The notes: a model not told the origin generated them from the letters alone. 64,000 nucleotides of DNA from Spirochaetia bacterium (GCA_963677925.2 CAXXYH010000003.1:148142-212141), one strand, 5' to 3'; positions 26,101-35,320 are shown, counted from the stretch's first letter. Translations and numbers: made by a program.

Positions 26101-28208
26101 TTTTTATTTTTTGAAAAAACTTCAAGATAATATTCAAGAAGGGTATTCGGCTCACCTTCAATTCTAATATTATTTGAAGTTTTTACAGGACCTGTTGTCG
26201 AAGTTTTTCCTTCTTCATCAGTCAATGTAAGATAATAAAATAATTCATCATTAAGATTTTGTGGAAAAACTTTAAACTCAACGAAATCGCCGCTGTATAT
26301 ATTCTGGTTTGTATCATTCCTGCTGAAAAGAGGTTCCCCGGGGATGATGCTTGTCTCAGGTATGTATAGATAAGAAAGATCGCTTTTATTTCCAAAAGAA
26401 TCAAAAGATTCAATATTAAATTTAAGAACAGAATTATTCCCCGGCAAATCAGGCACATTGAACGGACCTTCATACCTGGAAGAATCTTTACTAATCAGAA
26501 GCCCTTCTCTGTACACTTCGAAACTATAGAAAGTATCAGCAGTCTCCGTATTTATTGTAATTTTATTATCGGTAATTAAAAGTTCAGGTTTTGAAGGCGC
26601 TTTGCGATCAGCATGTATTTTAAATATTTCAGTCTCATCAGATTTGTTTCCGGCCTCATCTATCTGTATAAACTGAATATAAAAATCACTCTCATAACCT
26701 TCAGGAACATCAAGGATAAAATCGGACAAAACTGCAGGAGCATAACTTATATCAGAAAGATCACTGTTTGAAGAAATTCTGTATTTAAGTTGTGCCCCCG
26801 GCTCTGTTTCTGCAGTTAATTTATATGTGTTTGATTGTTGATCATGGATAATATCAACAATTGGAATTTCAGGTTTCTGTGTATCATAAGTAATAATATT
26901 TGAAATTATTCTGCTGGATTTACCATTAAGTGAAATAGTTCTCGATTTAAGGATAAATGAACCGGCGTTACGGTTTTCAGGAGCTGAAAGTGTAAAAGGT
27001 TTGGTATATTCAGTGGATCCTGAGCCGGGATTTGAACCGTCAAGAGTATAATAGATATTTGAGTAGTCCGGACCGAACATTGATACTTCAACCTTACCGT
27101 TAAAAGGAAGGTCCTGATCAAGCTGAATAATCGGATTAGCAGGTTTACGGTCATCAAAAATATAAAAATACCTGAATTCACTCTGCTCGGCATCATTCAC
27201 ATTTCGAAGTCTAAGCGTTGAATATTTAACCCCGCCTGCCACTGGATTCAGTAAAAGCTCATGGTTAAAATCCAAATCCTTTTCATCCGGGCTTCTTTCT
27301 TCGATACAGTACTTATAGGTTTCAAATTCATTTAATATTCTTATAGCTGATGAATAAATACCGCTTTCAGGTATATTTTTAAGAGGAGCTCTTGTTGTAA
27401 CCCTGTAATTCACCTCGTCATATAGTATTTTTTCAGAGCCCTGAAGCTTTCCGGCTACTTTAAGAGTAATATTTCCATAGCGCCTTATTTCTACAGGCAT
27501 ATAATATTCAATACCGTCTTCAACCGGATCATTCATATTAAGAGTGTATTTAATCCAGTCAAAACCTGTTTTATCGATAAACAGAAGCTGAGTATTCGCG
27601 AATTCCCCTTCAACCGGACTTTTTATATCAATCAGGTTAACCTTTCTGCGGATTGCTGCTTCATCAATTTTGTGTATGGAATAATCGCTTACATTTCCTG
27701 CACTGTCACGTGAGAAAGCATAAACAATAGTTGAATCTGAGGCTGTAACATAGTCACCTTCAAATTTAACCGGATCAGGATTCTTAATATTATCGAAACC
27801 ATAGAAAGTATCAGAGCCTGATTCGCTTTTAAAATAGATTTTCTTTTGTCCGGTTTCAAAATCATTCTCGACTCTAATTTCAGGCTTAACCGGAACTTTC
27901 CTGTCAATTTTATAATTAAAGGTAAGTTTCTTATTATCATAATTAAAAATGATCCGGTACTCACGTTCTTCACCGGGAAGTGCTGAAAGAACAATGCCGC
28001 CTGGAAAATCCAGAAAATCAGAGTCTTCACTGTTATCAAAGCTGTACAAGACGTTTTTAACACTATCACTGTTCAGCCTGATTATAATATTCTGATTATA
28101 TATCCCCGGTGCCGGCTCAATTGATAAATCCGGTGCTGTCTGTGCATAAATAAACAGAGGGAGAAACAGATATAACAGTGTTAAAATAGCTGATTTATTT
28201 TTTTTCAA
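23127..28208 (-). CDS. Giant exported surface protein: about 9 tandem Ig/FN3-like modules plus a C-terminal right-handed parallel beta-helix (DUF1565/pectate-lyase-like)
   Basis: Recurring module end D-x-[AG]-G-N-x-S ... [FI]-x-[IF]-D-x-x-x-P (SRDSAGNVSD, IDEAGNKSD, FDSFGNKSD, SEDAAGNRSI, SDSAGNLSR, TDSGGNFSD, SEDGAGNRSN). Beta-helix entry is IYVSPDGKDYASGTRSNPFKTLNRAVEQL. I prefer TTG 28208, giving MKKNKSAILTLLYLFLPLFIYA|Q. The track start at 28283 is 25 codons further upstream. Confidence 0.85.
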   Translation of the reverse strand: MKKNKSAILTLLYLFLPLFIYAQTAPDLSIEPAPGIYNQNIIIRLNSDSVKNVLYSFDNSEDSDFLDFPGGIVLSALPGEEREYRIIFNYDNKKLTFNYKIDRKVPVKPEIRVENDFETGQKKIYFKSESGSDTFYGFDNIKNPDPVKFEGDYVTASDSTIVYAFSRDSAGNVSDYSIHKIDEAAIRRKVNLIDIKSPVEGEFANTQLLFIDKTGFDWIKYTLNMNDPVEDGIEYYMPVEIRRYGNITLKVAGKLQGSEKILYDEVNYRVTTRAPLKNIPESGIYSSAIRILNEFETYKYCIEERSPDEKDLDFNHELLLNPVAGGVKYSTLRLRNVNDAEQSEFRYFYIFDDRKPANPIIQLDQDLPFNGKVEVSMFGPDYSNIYYTLDGSNPGSGSTEYTKPFTLSAPENRNAGSFILKSRTISLNGKSSRIISNIITYDTQKPEIPIVDIIHDQQSNTYKLTAETEPGAQLKYRISSNSDLSDISYAPAVLSDFILDVPEGYESDFYIQFIQIDEAGNKSDETEIFKIHADRKAPSKPELLITDNKITINTETADTFYSFEVYREGLLISKDSSRYEGPFNVPDLPGNNSVLKFNIESFDSFGNKSDLSYLYIPETSIIPGEPLFSRNDTNQNIYSGDFVEFKVFPQNLNDELFYYLTLTDEEGKTSTTGPVKTSNNIRIEGEPNTLLEYYLEVFSKNKNTGKTSDFKNFSFVIDNKNPEIPELIGIRNGMTVNYQVMLNPLIDDNSTVFMSFREGQEIPGSPFDDNSFIFNKPVVFDVDDGSEKTFNIVIGSEDAAGNRSINDELFSFTIDKKVPDNSSILTESVSDFTDSFVISAYNPDGSRKYYYEITESPEIPVEPGIGSKFFTDNLIVNGEPGIEKNLYVKIKTSDSAGNLSRETKFLSFKIDQKKPVNNILPFIEFNHSKSRILLGWNTGSDSLKFRIPEIDEEFTDFIYPITFKFDKDLESIHIEYLKTDSGGNFSDIRSQNIFLPFNNEGVIVNGIENNASYNSDVNARRVTDGAFIRYEISTEDFNVPEVTVFSPEMPDKLVFSAADGETINYSVKFKEFQNKDDITGGKQQTIRFSIDKKAPLPPGLSGIIDGEYYLDDQTVSFESNERKIFYSITDINSSSEEFSLFTKPIRIASESGTYSTYMIMAFSEDGAGNRSNTAVWSITIDKEIIYVSPDGKDYASGTRSNPFKTLNRAVEQLKNSDRKTIFLAEGIYTLNSSVIIDEDISIYGGFNSNNWFEQKGTSLIETGDVFRGSNPLFYIYGGTLNLRKIRTENIEQLTDSVFFLNKGTLNFNDCEFNTTAVKLSSFIRQFYGEVNIINSSISATAQQDSIIDSSDGLLKIVNSSIIGGSDNNNFDIIRINNTGNFVLSSSKITAESGRNLNCIRSDSSFLNLRSAEFNIVSADVSASVINAENSNLTATYIKVKSHPDVRLFNIVEAVDSSIELTASTFVTDAGNSIVGFKLTGGQSSFNRNTIKTGNSVSDFVYLFNSANGKHRFETNIFDFGDTDNILAFKNKESDIEVFNNTFVLNSIDAEVLFDESVNSNIKYINNIFDIEMPGNQGIFVNNFNDNHFSIKNNCFNGWSAFTAGINAALNLIELDLLDGSFSSGNISGNIGTDLIFNEDGNYRLNPESPCIDSGYNLENLINNKADIDGESRPNRVLGVNPVYDIGADEYYDY

Positions 28209-28809
28209 AAATATCCAGTGCCTCTCTAAGCTCTTCATCATTGTTAAAATAATACTTTTCAAGCTCTTCATGTTTAAGCCCAATCAATTCATGGCTCATA
28301 TAATGAATCCAGAGGTCTTCCTCCGGGCTTTTAATTAAATGTTTTCGGCAATAATAATCAGGCTGAAATTCATTCTGCTCCGGTTTGTATTCAAAGAATT
28401 TATAATCATGAACAGCAATTTTAAGATCTTTTCGCGGAACACCTCTCTGCAGTATTTTATCTGCAAGAAAGTTAATTGTTTTTCCGGAATCATAAATATC
28501 ATCAACAAGCAGAATTTTATCTCCCTGTCTTAGATATTCCGGGTTGTAAGTCCAACCGTCAATACGGACTTCATCATGATTATGTATGTCAGTATAGGAA
28601 CGTGCTACCACAGCAGCGTATAGAACGGGACTGTCGGCTCGTACAACTTTAAAATATTCGCTGATTAGATTTCCTATATATGCCCCACCCCTCAGTGAAA
28701 CATATATCACATCGGGAATAAATCCGTCTTTATGAATTTTATGTGCGAGTTTTATGGCGTTATTTCTTACCATGTTGTATTCAAGAAAGTTTTTGGACAT
28801 AATCTCCAT
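28195..28809 (-). CDS. Phosphoribosyltransferase family protein (purine PRT-like)
   Basis: PRPP-binding motif ILLVDDIYDSGKT. About 200 aa. The start may be the second ATG at 28800. Confidence 0.8.
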   Translation of the reverse strand: MEIMSKNFLEYNMVRNNAIKLAHKIHKDGFIPDVIYVSLRGGAYIGNLISEYFKVVRADSPVLYAAVVARSYTDIHNHDEVRIDGWTYNPEYLRQGDKILLVDDIYDSGKTINFLADKILQRGVPRKDLKIAVHDYKFFEYKPEQNEFQPDYYCRKHLIKSPEEDLWIHYMSHELIGLKHEELEKYYFNNDEELREALDIFEKK

Positions 28810-28812
28810 CCT

Positions 28813-30270
28813 CTAGCGTATAAGTTCTATCTCAACTTGTTTACTGTTTCTCAGAACTTTTATTAAATAGCTGCTGTTCTTTTTATCGTTAAGAGCAGTG
28901 AAAAAATCCATCATATTATTAATTTTCATACCGCTGATTTCTGTTATTATATCATAATCCTTAAGTCCCGATTCAGCAGCACGGGTTTTGGGTTCGACGG
29001 CAATGATTACTCCATGCAATGAATCAGCCAGACCTGCTTCTTTTTTCAGTCCCTCATCAAGAGTTCTGCCTGAAAGACCCGGCCAGATTTTACCATACAA
29101 AGACGTCAGTTCTGCACGATCAGCCCTATTACCGATAGTAACCGGGATATTCATTATTTTACCCTCTCTGATTAACTTAACTTCAATCCTTGCACCCGCT
29201 CTGACATCACCTACCAACCTTGTAAACTGCATATAATCAGAAATTTCAGTATTATTAAGCTTTATAATAAAATCTCCCGGAAGCAAACCGGCCTTGTCGG
29301 CAGGACTGTCTTCATAAAGATTATATATAAGGGCCCCTTTTTGAGCTTCAATCCCGAGATCTATTGCTGTCTGTTCATCAGGGTTTGTTATACTTACACC
29401 AAGCCATCCATATTTGACTTCACCGGATTCTATAAAATCGTCTACGGCATTTTTAACATTATCAACAGGAATGGCGAATCCAAGACCGATGCTCACACCG
29501 TTCGGAGTAGCAATCCAGGTATTTATTCCGACAACCTCACCGTCAAGATTTACAAGAGCCCCTCCGGAGTTGCCCTGATTGATCGACGCATCTGTCTGGA
29601 TAAAATCACTGATGTTATCGGAAGGCCCGTTTCTACCAATCGCACTTACAATACCGGCTGTAACTGTTGATTCATATCCAAGAGGATTTCCGACTGCAAG
29701 AACCCAGTCTCCAACTCTAAGTTCATCTGAAGAACCCAGGACAGCCACATCAAGGTCGGCCTCATTCACAAACGAAACCATGGCCAGATCTTTTCTTTCA
29801 TCGCGACCTACAATTTCTGCCGTATAGCTTTCACCCTTGTATAGTTTAACTGAAATACTGTCCGCCTGTCCAATTACATGATTATTGGTTAAAACGTAAT
29901 ATGTATTTTCATCACGGCCGACAATAACCCCGGATCCCAGACCTTCGGATTCAAATTCTTCAATCCTTGGGGCTTCATCCCCGGTTTCATCATCGGGTTC
30001 TATAAAATTAAAAGGCCAGGTATAACCTTCAGGCATTTCCTGCTGGATAACTTCAGTTGTAGTTATTTCAACTACGACAGGAAGCACTTTTTCTGATACA
30101 GCCCTGAAAGTATACTGCATATCGATTAAATCTGTTTTAGAAGCCTTAACTTCACCAGGTTTAAAAATTCTGCTGCCTGAAAAATAATTACCGGTAACTG
30201 TACCTGCAAATACAGCAATAAAAAAGATTATCAGGGTTAAAGTTTTGCTCTTAAATTTATTTGCGGACAT
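28813..30270 (-). CDS. htrA: HtrA/DegP-family periplasmic serine protease with two PDZ domains
   Basis: Catalytic triad contexts NNHVIG, DLAMV and GNSGGALVNLDGEVVGINT. Two PDZ-like segments. N-terminal hydrophobic anchor. Confidence 0.9.
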   Translation of the reverse strand: MSANKFKSKTLTLIIFFIAVFAGTVTGNYFSGSRIFKPGEVKASKTDLIDMQYTFRAVSEKVLPVVVEITTTEVIQQEMPEGYTWPFNFIEPDDETGDEAPRIEEFESEGLGSGVIVGRDENTYYVLTNNHVIGQADSISVKLYKGESYTAEIVGRDERKDLAMVSFVNEADLDVAVLGSSDELRVGDWVLAVGNPLGYESTVTAGIVSAIGRNGPSDNISDFIQTDASINQGNSGGALVNLDGEVVGINTWIATPNGVSIGLGFAIPVDNVKNAVDDFIESGEVKYGWLGVSITNPDEQTAIDLGIEAQKGALIYNLYEDSPADKAGLLPGDFIIKLNNTEISDYMQFTRLVGDVRAGARIEVKLIREGKIMNIPVTIGNRADRAELTSLYGKIWPGLSGRTLDEGLKKEAGLADSLHGVIIAVEPKTRAAESGLKDYDIITEISGMKINNMMDFFTALNDKKNSSYLIKVLRNSKQVEIELIR

Positions 30271-30282
30271 TTAAACTCCGTT

Positions 30283-31032
30283 TTAATCTGCAATAGTAAG
30301 GATTTCTGTATGATCTTCAAATACGGCTACAGTATGTTCAAAATGAGCTGATATACTGTGATCTGATGTAATTACAGTCCACTCATCTTCAAGAATTTCT
30401 ATCTCATCTCCGCCGAGGTTAATCATCGGTTCGATGGCAAGTACCATTCCTTTTTTTATTCTCGGATTGGGACCCGGATGAACATAATTGGGAATCTGCG
30501 GGGATTCATGCAGACCAAGACCGACACCATGTCCGCAAAATTCACGCACTACACCGTATCCCTGATTTTTTGCAACGTTGAAAACGGCCCCGGATATATC
30601 CTTAATTCGCCCACCGGCCTTACAGGCATCAATTCCCTTATAAAGCGCATTACGTGTGGTCTCCATTAGCTTTTCAGCATCAGAGCTGACAGTTCCCACC
30701 GGAAGTGTCATTGCTGCATCAGATATGTATCCTTTAAGATCGATTCCAAGATCGAGACTTACTACATCACCTTTTTTAAGTCTTCGTTTACCGGGAATCC
30801 CATGAATCACTTCCTCATTAACACTTATGCAGATTGAAGCTGGAAAGCCCTGATAATTCAAAAATGCGGGGATAGCCCCCCTTTTGGTAATTTCACTATA
30901 ACAGAGACTGTCAATTTCCTTGGTTGTAACACCCTCAACTACAGCTTCCTGTATAATTTTATATACCTCTGCAAGCATTTTACAGGATTCTCTAATTCTG
31001 TTTATCTGTTCATCATTCTTTAATCTAATCAT
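30283..31032 (-). CDS. map: Methionine aminopeptidase type I
   Basis: 249 aa with motifs DLGIDLKGYISD, FCGHGVG, HE.PQIPNY, LAIEPM and AHFEHTV. Confidence 0.93.
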   Translation of the reverse strand: MIRLKNDEQINRIRESCKMLAEVYKIIQEAVVEGVTTKEIDSLCYSEITKRGAIPAFLNYQGFPASICISVNEEVIHGIPGKRRLKKGDVVSLDLGIDLKGYISDAAMTLPVGTVSSDAEKLMETTRNALYKGIDACKAGGRIKDISGAVFNVAKNQGYGVVREFCGHGVGLGLHESPQIPNYVHPGPNPRIKKGMVLAIEPMINLGGDEIEILEDEWTVITSDHSISAHFEHTVAVFEDHTEILTIAD

Positions 31033-32665
31033 AATATTCCGTTTCTATTTTATTTTTTAACAGATCCGCTTTCAGATAGCTTTTATCAAGTTTTTCAATA
31101 TAGCCAAGCTGCTTTAAAGCATTCTCTGTCTGTTTAAGATTATAATATGTTTCAGCTGTTTTGAAGTAGATTTTAATAAGATTATCTTTATCAATATTTT
31201 TCAGAGTAGATGCATATTTTAAATTTTCAATTGCAGCGGTATTATCACCGTTTAAGGCCTGGATAACCGCCTTATTATACATACTCAAAGCATCCCGGCT
31301 GCTGATATTATTAATGACTGAATAAGCATCACTAAAATCACCGTTGAGTATACTCAGTACTGCTTTATAATTCAGGTATACATTCTCTGAAGCCGGGCGG
31401 TAATTTTTTGAAAATGAATCAACAAGCTCAGACGCTTCTGCTAAATTTCTGATTTTCAATAGAAAATTATAAAAATAAATAAAGACTTTCTCATTACCCT
31501 TATCAATATTAAAAATATTCCATAAATTACCGGTGATAAATTCGGCAGACCTTCCTTTTGAACTGTTTATAAGATACATCAGCTGTATTTCAGGATCATT
31601 TGAATATAAGTCCATCAGCTTAGCTGTAATTTCAGATACCTCAGTTACATTTTTGCTATATTCAGGAGATTTAAGAGCTTCTACGAGCAGATCTTTATTG
31701 TCCGGAAAGTATTTCAATCCCTGTTTCAAATACTCAAAACCGGTTCCCGCTTTATTCATTTTAAAGAGATTATAATACGGTACTGCTGAATAATCCGGCG
31801 AACTCTCGATAATATGACGATATAGTGCTGATGCTTTATCATTCATCCCTGACTGCATGTAAATATCAGCTCTGAACATCTGCATTTTGTCTGAAGAGTA
31901 AAAGGGGTCATCACTTTTCAACTCGTTAATCAAAGATGCTGCCTTATTATAATTTCCCATATCGTATGCAAGAAATGTTCTTACTTCTGTAAAATATTCA
32001 GCGTCAATATCTTTAAGATAAGAGTCTGCAGATTGAAAATCGCCTGATTGAGCCTTGAGCAAAGCAAGATCCAGCAATATTTTTCTGTCATATTTCAGAA
32101 TACCGGACTCAGATAAATCATTTTCAGATATATCTGTTAATTCTGAATATAGAAGCAGCTGCTGCCATTGGTTAAGTTTCTTTTTAAGTTTTTTATCATT
32201 CAGCTTTTCTGGATAGTCCAAATTAGCAATCAAATACAATTCAAAAAATCCGGAATATTTAAGATCCTGAAGATACTGTTCGGGGATGCTTTTTTCATAA
32301 TTTAATTTTGTATCTATAAAAGCAAGAATTGCCTTTATATCTATGCTATTAGGGAATTTGTTATTTAAGTTAACAGCCAGCTTCTTATAAAAATTCAAAT
32401 CAGAAGTATTTCGGTAAATAATATCTGCTCTTTTTAATGCACTTAAACCTTGTTTTGACGTTTTTACCTGAACAGCATAATCTAGAAGGAGACGCTGTGC
32501 TTCGGAATAAAAACCTGAAGAAAGATCAAGGTCAATCTCATTAATCAGAGCATTTACATCATTCTCTGTATTTGATTTTAATTCAATTACTACGATAACT
32601 GCCAGTACAGATGCAGTTAAAACAAGAGCCGCAAGAATTACATATAATAACTTTTCAGTCTTCAT
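31025..32665 (-). CDS. Membrane-anchored TPR-like protein (546 aa)
   Basis: N-terminal TM helix LLYVILAALVLTASVLAVIVVI followed by helical-repeat sequence. Overlaps nusB and map by 8-11 nt. Confidence 0.7.
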   Translation of the reverse strand: MKTEKLLYVILAALVLTASVLAVIVVIELKSNTENDVNALINEIDLDLSSGFYSEAQRLLLDYAVQVKTSKQGLSALKRADIIYRNTSDLNFYKKLAVNLNNKFPNSIDIKAILAFIDTKLNYEKSIPEQYLQDLKYSGFFELYLIANLDYPEKLNDKKLKKKLNQWQQLLLYSELTDISENDLSESGILKYDRKILLDLALLKAQSGDFQSADSYLKDIDAEYFTEVRTFLAYDMGNYNKAASLINELKSDDPFYSSDKMQMFRADIYMQSGMNDKASALYRHIIESSPDYSAVPYYNLFKMNKAGTGFEYLKQGLKYFPDNKDLLVEALKSPEYSKNVTEVSEITAKLMDLYSNDPEIQLMYLINSSKGRSAEFITGNLWNIFNIDKGNEKVFIYFYNFLLKIRNLAEASELVDSFSKNYRPASENVYLNYKAVLSILNGDFSDAYSVINNISSRDALSMYNKAVIQALNGDNTAAIENLKYASTLKNIDKDNLIKIYFKTAETYYNLKQTENALKQLGYIEKLDKSYLKADLLKNKIETEYYD

Positions 32666-33071
32666 TCTCTTTATTGATACTGTCCAGAACTCCGTTTACA
32701 AACTTATAAGATTCATCACTGCCGTACTGTTTGGCAATGTCAACTGCTTCATCAATAGTTACCGATGAAGGAATTTCCTTTCGGTAAAGCAGGCTGTAAA
32801 CACTGATTCTGAGTATGGCCAGATCAACTTTCGATAGACGGTTAAAATCCCAGTTAACAAGATGCTCTTTAATTTTTTTATCGACACTTTCGATATTTTC
32901 AATTGTTCCGGAAATTAATAGACGGGCGAAATCAATTGCTGCCTGATTTCTTTCATTCTTTTCCATATCAAGCCATTCAAACTCTATCAGGCCGGAAGGA
33001 TCTGTCTCAGACAACTGCCAGCTGAATATTGATTGAAAAGCTATTACCCGTCCTTTTCTGCGGGTTCCCAT
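32655..33071 (-). CDS. nusB: Transcription antitermination factor NusB
   Basis: 138 aa. Motifs RRKGRVIAFQSIF and VTIDEAVDIAKQYGSDESYKFVNGVLD. The ATG overlaps the upstream stop (ATGA). Confidence 0.9.
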   Translation of the reverse strand: MGTRRKGRVIAFQSIFSWQLSETDPSGLIEFEWLDMEKNERNQAAIDFARLLISGTIENIESVDKKIKEHLVNWDFNRLSKVDLAILRISVYSLLYRKEIPSSVTIDEAVDIAKQYGSDESYKFVNGVLDSINKENED

Positions 33072-34147
33072 CAGTTTATATTTTCCTCATATATTGTAAT
33101 CTCAGCTTTCTTTTTGAGCTCTTCAACAAGGCTCTCAAGGGCTTTGTTCAGGGCTGCATTCTGCATAGATGCAATATATTTTTCAGCTATGTAATCCCTT
33201 ACCGTCTTTTTGGTTGAAGGGTGCATAGGATCATCTAGACCTAGAAGTCTTTCTTTATAATACTCGGTCACTTTAATAATATGAAATCCTATATTGGATT
33301 TAATAACACCTTTAACTTCACCCAGAGGCGTACTGAACAAGGCATCCATAAAGCCGCTGCCCAGATATGCTCTGGCATTAGGATCATTCAAAGTAATATA
33401 TCCGGTATCTCCATTCTTATATTTAGAAGTCTGATCTTCGGTATAGTCATTAACTATTTTTTCAAATGTTGCAGTGCCGTTTACATATTTCCGGTATGCA
33501 TCATTAGCTTTTTTTTCTGCAGCTTCGAGCTCACTGCCTGATAGATTTAAAGTGCTAATATAAACCTGGCTGTATCTTATGGTTTTACTTTGAACAAAAG
33601 AACTGATTTCAGAGTTATATAATTTTTCAATATCATCTGAACTTGGAAGAGTCATTGAAGCATTGATTTCTTCCTGTTTTTCACGGGCTATGTATTTCTG
33701 CAGAACAATCTGCTCAGCTATCTGACTTTTGTATTTATCCCAGGAATAACCTGTCTGAGATTCAATCATGCTTTTAAACTGCTGATCGGAAATCTTAGCG
33801 TTATTCTGCTGTTCCAGCTGAGTTTTCTGAGTCTGAATAGTTTCATTAACCTCATTGTCTTCGGCTTTTAATCCGCTGTCTGCAGCCGCCTGGGAAATCA
33901 GCATCTCGGAAATCATTTTATCAAGGACTTCAAGCTTATCAGATTTCTTTACAGCAACAGCAGGAAGTCCGGAACGAACCCTGAGCTGATTGAGCATATT
34001 AACCTGCGCTTCAAGCTGCTTTACTGAGATCATTTCCGGCTTTGAAAGATTTACAGATGCAGCCGGTTTATCAATAACCAGCTGTCCGAAAACAATTCCA
34101 CCTGTAAGTAAAAGGGATAAAAGTATAAATATTTTTCTATGATTCAC
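33071..34147 (-). CDS. Periplasmic parvulin-type peptidyl-prolyl isomerase (SurA/PrsA-like)
   Basis: GTG start. Signal peptide MNHRKIFILLSLLLTGGIVFG|Q. SurA-N-like helical region, then a rotamase core ..SNIGFHIIKV... Confidence 0.8.
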   Translation of the reverse strand: MNHRKIFILLSLLLTGGIVFGQLVIDKPAASVNLSKPEMISVKQLEAQVNMLNQLRVRSGLPAVAVKKSDKLEVLDKMISEMLISQAAADSGLKAEDNEVNETIQTQKTQLEQQNNAKISDQQFKSMIESQTGYSWDKYKSQIAEQIVLQKYIAREKQEEINASMTLPSSDDIEKLYNSEISSFVQSKTIRYSQVYISTLNLSGSELEAAEKKANDAYRKYVNGTATFEKIVNDYTEDQTSKYKNGDTGYITLNDPNARAYLGSGFMDALFSTPLGEVKGVIKSNIGFHIIKVTEYYKERLLGLDDPMHPSTKKTVRDYIAEKYIASMQNAALNKALESLVEELKKKAEITIYEENIN

Positions 34148-34165
34148 GGTTACTTCCGTTAAAAA

Positions 34166-34486
34166 TTATTCGGTAGGTACGTCCCACCAGTCGCCTGCAT
34201 CTTCAGTATTCTGCATATTCTCTCTCGCAGCCTTTAAAACATCACTGTCATCAACGGATCTGTTAAACCATGCAAGCGAGAAAGCACAAATAATAAAAAT
34301 TGCTCCAAGTACTGATGTAAACTTTGTTAAAATATTTCCGGATCTGCTTCCAAAGGCTGAAGAACTTCCGCCTCCGAATATTCCGCCAAGACCTTCACCC
34401 TGCTCATCCTGCAGAAGGACTATGATAATTAAAAGAACTGCGCTTATGCTGAATAAAACCAGCAGTATGACTCCAATCGCACCCAT
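34166..34486 (-). CDS. secG: Preprotein translocase subunit SecG
   Basis: 106 aa with two TM helices flanking the Gly-rich LLQDEQGEGLGGIFGGGSSSAFGSRSG. Confidence 0.85.
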   Translation of the reverse strand: MGAIGVILLVLFSISAVLLIIIVLLQDEQGEGLGGIFGGGSSSAFGSRSGNILTKFTSVLGAIFIICAFSLAWFNRSVDDSDVLKAARENMQNTEDAGDWWDVPTE

Positions 34487-34500
34487 TAAGATATCTCCGA

Positions 34501-34535
34501 TAATAAAAATATAGCCTCTCCTTTTGAGAGAGGCT
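34501..34535 (-). terminator. Rho-independent terminator / attenuator after tpiA
   Basis: Minus strand reads AGCCTCTC-TCAAAAG-GAGAGGCT followed by ATATTTTTATTA. It lies between the tpiA stop (34547) and the secG start (34486). Confidence 0.6.
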
Positions 34536-34546
34536 TTATTATATAC

Positions 34547-35299
34547 TTATTTGTCGTATAAGGCTATAGGTAAAAACAAATCTGCTTTTAAAGATGCTCC
34601 GCCGACGAGCGCACCGTCGATATCGGGCATGCCCATCAGCTGTGCAGCATTATCGGGTTTTACTGAACCGCCGTACTGAATGATCATATCTTCAGCGGCT
34701 TTTTCAGAATAAAGAGCTTTAACTGTATCCCTTGTAACTTTATGAATCTGTTCTGCATCATCGGGAGTGGCAGTCTTGCCGGTACCGATAGCCCATACAG
34801 GTTCATACGCAATAGTGACTTTTTCAAGCTCTTTTTCAGAAACATCTTTAAGACCTTTTTCTGTCTGAGATTTAACAACCTCTTCAGCTTTACCGGCTTC
34901 TCTTTCATCAAGCGTTTCACCGACACAGAGAATTACCTCAAGGCCTTCAGCAATAGCAAGTTTTACTTTCTTATTAATAAATTCGTCGGTTTCACCGTAA
35001 ATATGCCGTCTTTCGGAATGTCCGAGTATTACTGCATCAACTCCAAGTTCCTTAAGCATTTTTACAGAAGTTTCTCCTGTAAAAGCGCCTTCAACTTCAT
35101 CAGACATATTCTGTGCACCAAGCATAATATTACTGCCCTTAACAACATCAGCTACAGCAGGTATGCAGACAAAACTTGGAGCAACCAGTATCTTATGGCC
35201 GCAGTTTCCCAGTCCTGCTTTTAATTCCTCTGCAAGCTTAGCTGCCTCGGACGGTGTTTTATTCATTTTCCAGTTTCCTGCAATGAATGATTTTCTCAT
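34547..35299 (-). CDS. tpiA: Triosephosphate isomerase
   Basis: Motifs IAGNWKMN, ILGHSERR, AYEPVWAIGTG and YGGSV. Confidence 0.95.
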   Translation of the reverse strand: MRKSFIAGNWKMNKTPSEAAKLAEELKAGLGNCGHKILVAPSFVCIPAVADVVKGSNIMLGAQNMSDEVEGAFTGETSVKMLKELGVDAVILGHSERRHIYGETDEFINKKVKLAIAEGLEVILCVGETLDEREAGKAEEVVKSQTEKGLKDVSEKELEKVTIAYEPVWAIGTGKTATPDDAEQIHKVTRDTVKALYSEKAAEDMIIQYGGSVKPDNAAQLMGMPDIDGALVGGASLKADLFLPIALYDK

Positions 35300-35320
35300 A
35301 ACTTTACTCCCCTTTACTAA

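Noticed and set aside
27689-28069. 126-aa alternative-frame ORF inside the giant surface-protein gene; also 35431-35820 inside pgk
   Set aside because: These are same-strand out-of-frame ORFs nested within long, motif-supported genes. There is no evidence for overlapping coding.
28209-28283. Track 5' extensions of the giant gene, the SPOR gene (15472-15516) and ybeY (40845-40877)
   Set aside because: The downstream in-frame TTG or ATG starts give canonical signal peptides or the conserved N-terminus, with much shorter overlaps with the upstream genes.
34742-35224. 160-aa plus-strand ORF antisense to tpiA
   Set aside because: It lies entirely inside a highly conserved minus-strand gene, has low-complexity Phe/Ser/Asn-rich composition, and has no SD. 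This is a typical shadow ORF of the complementary frame.
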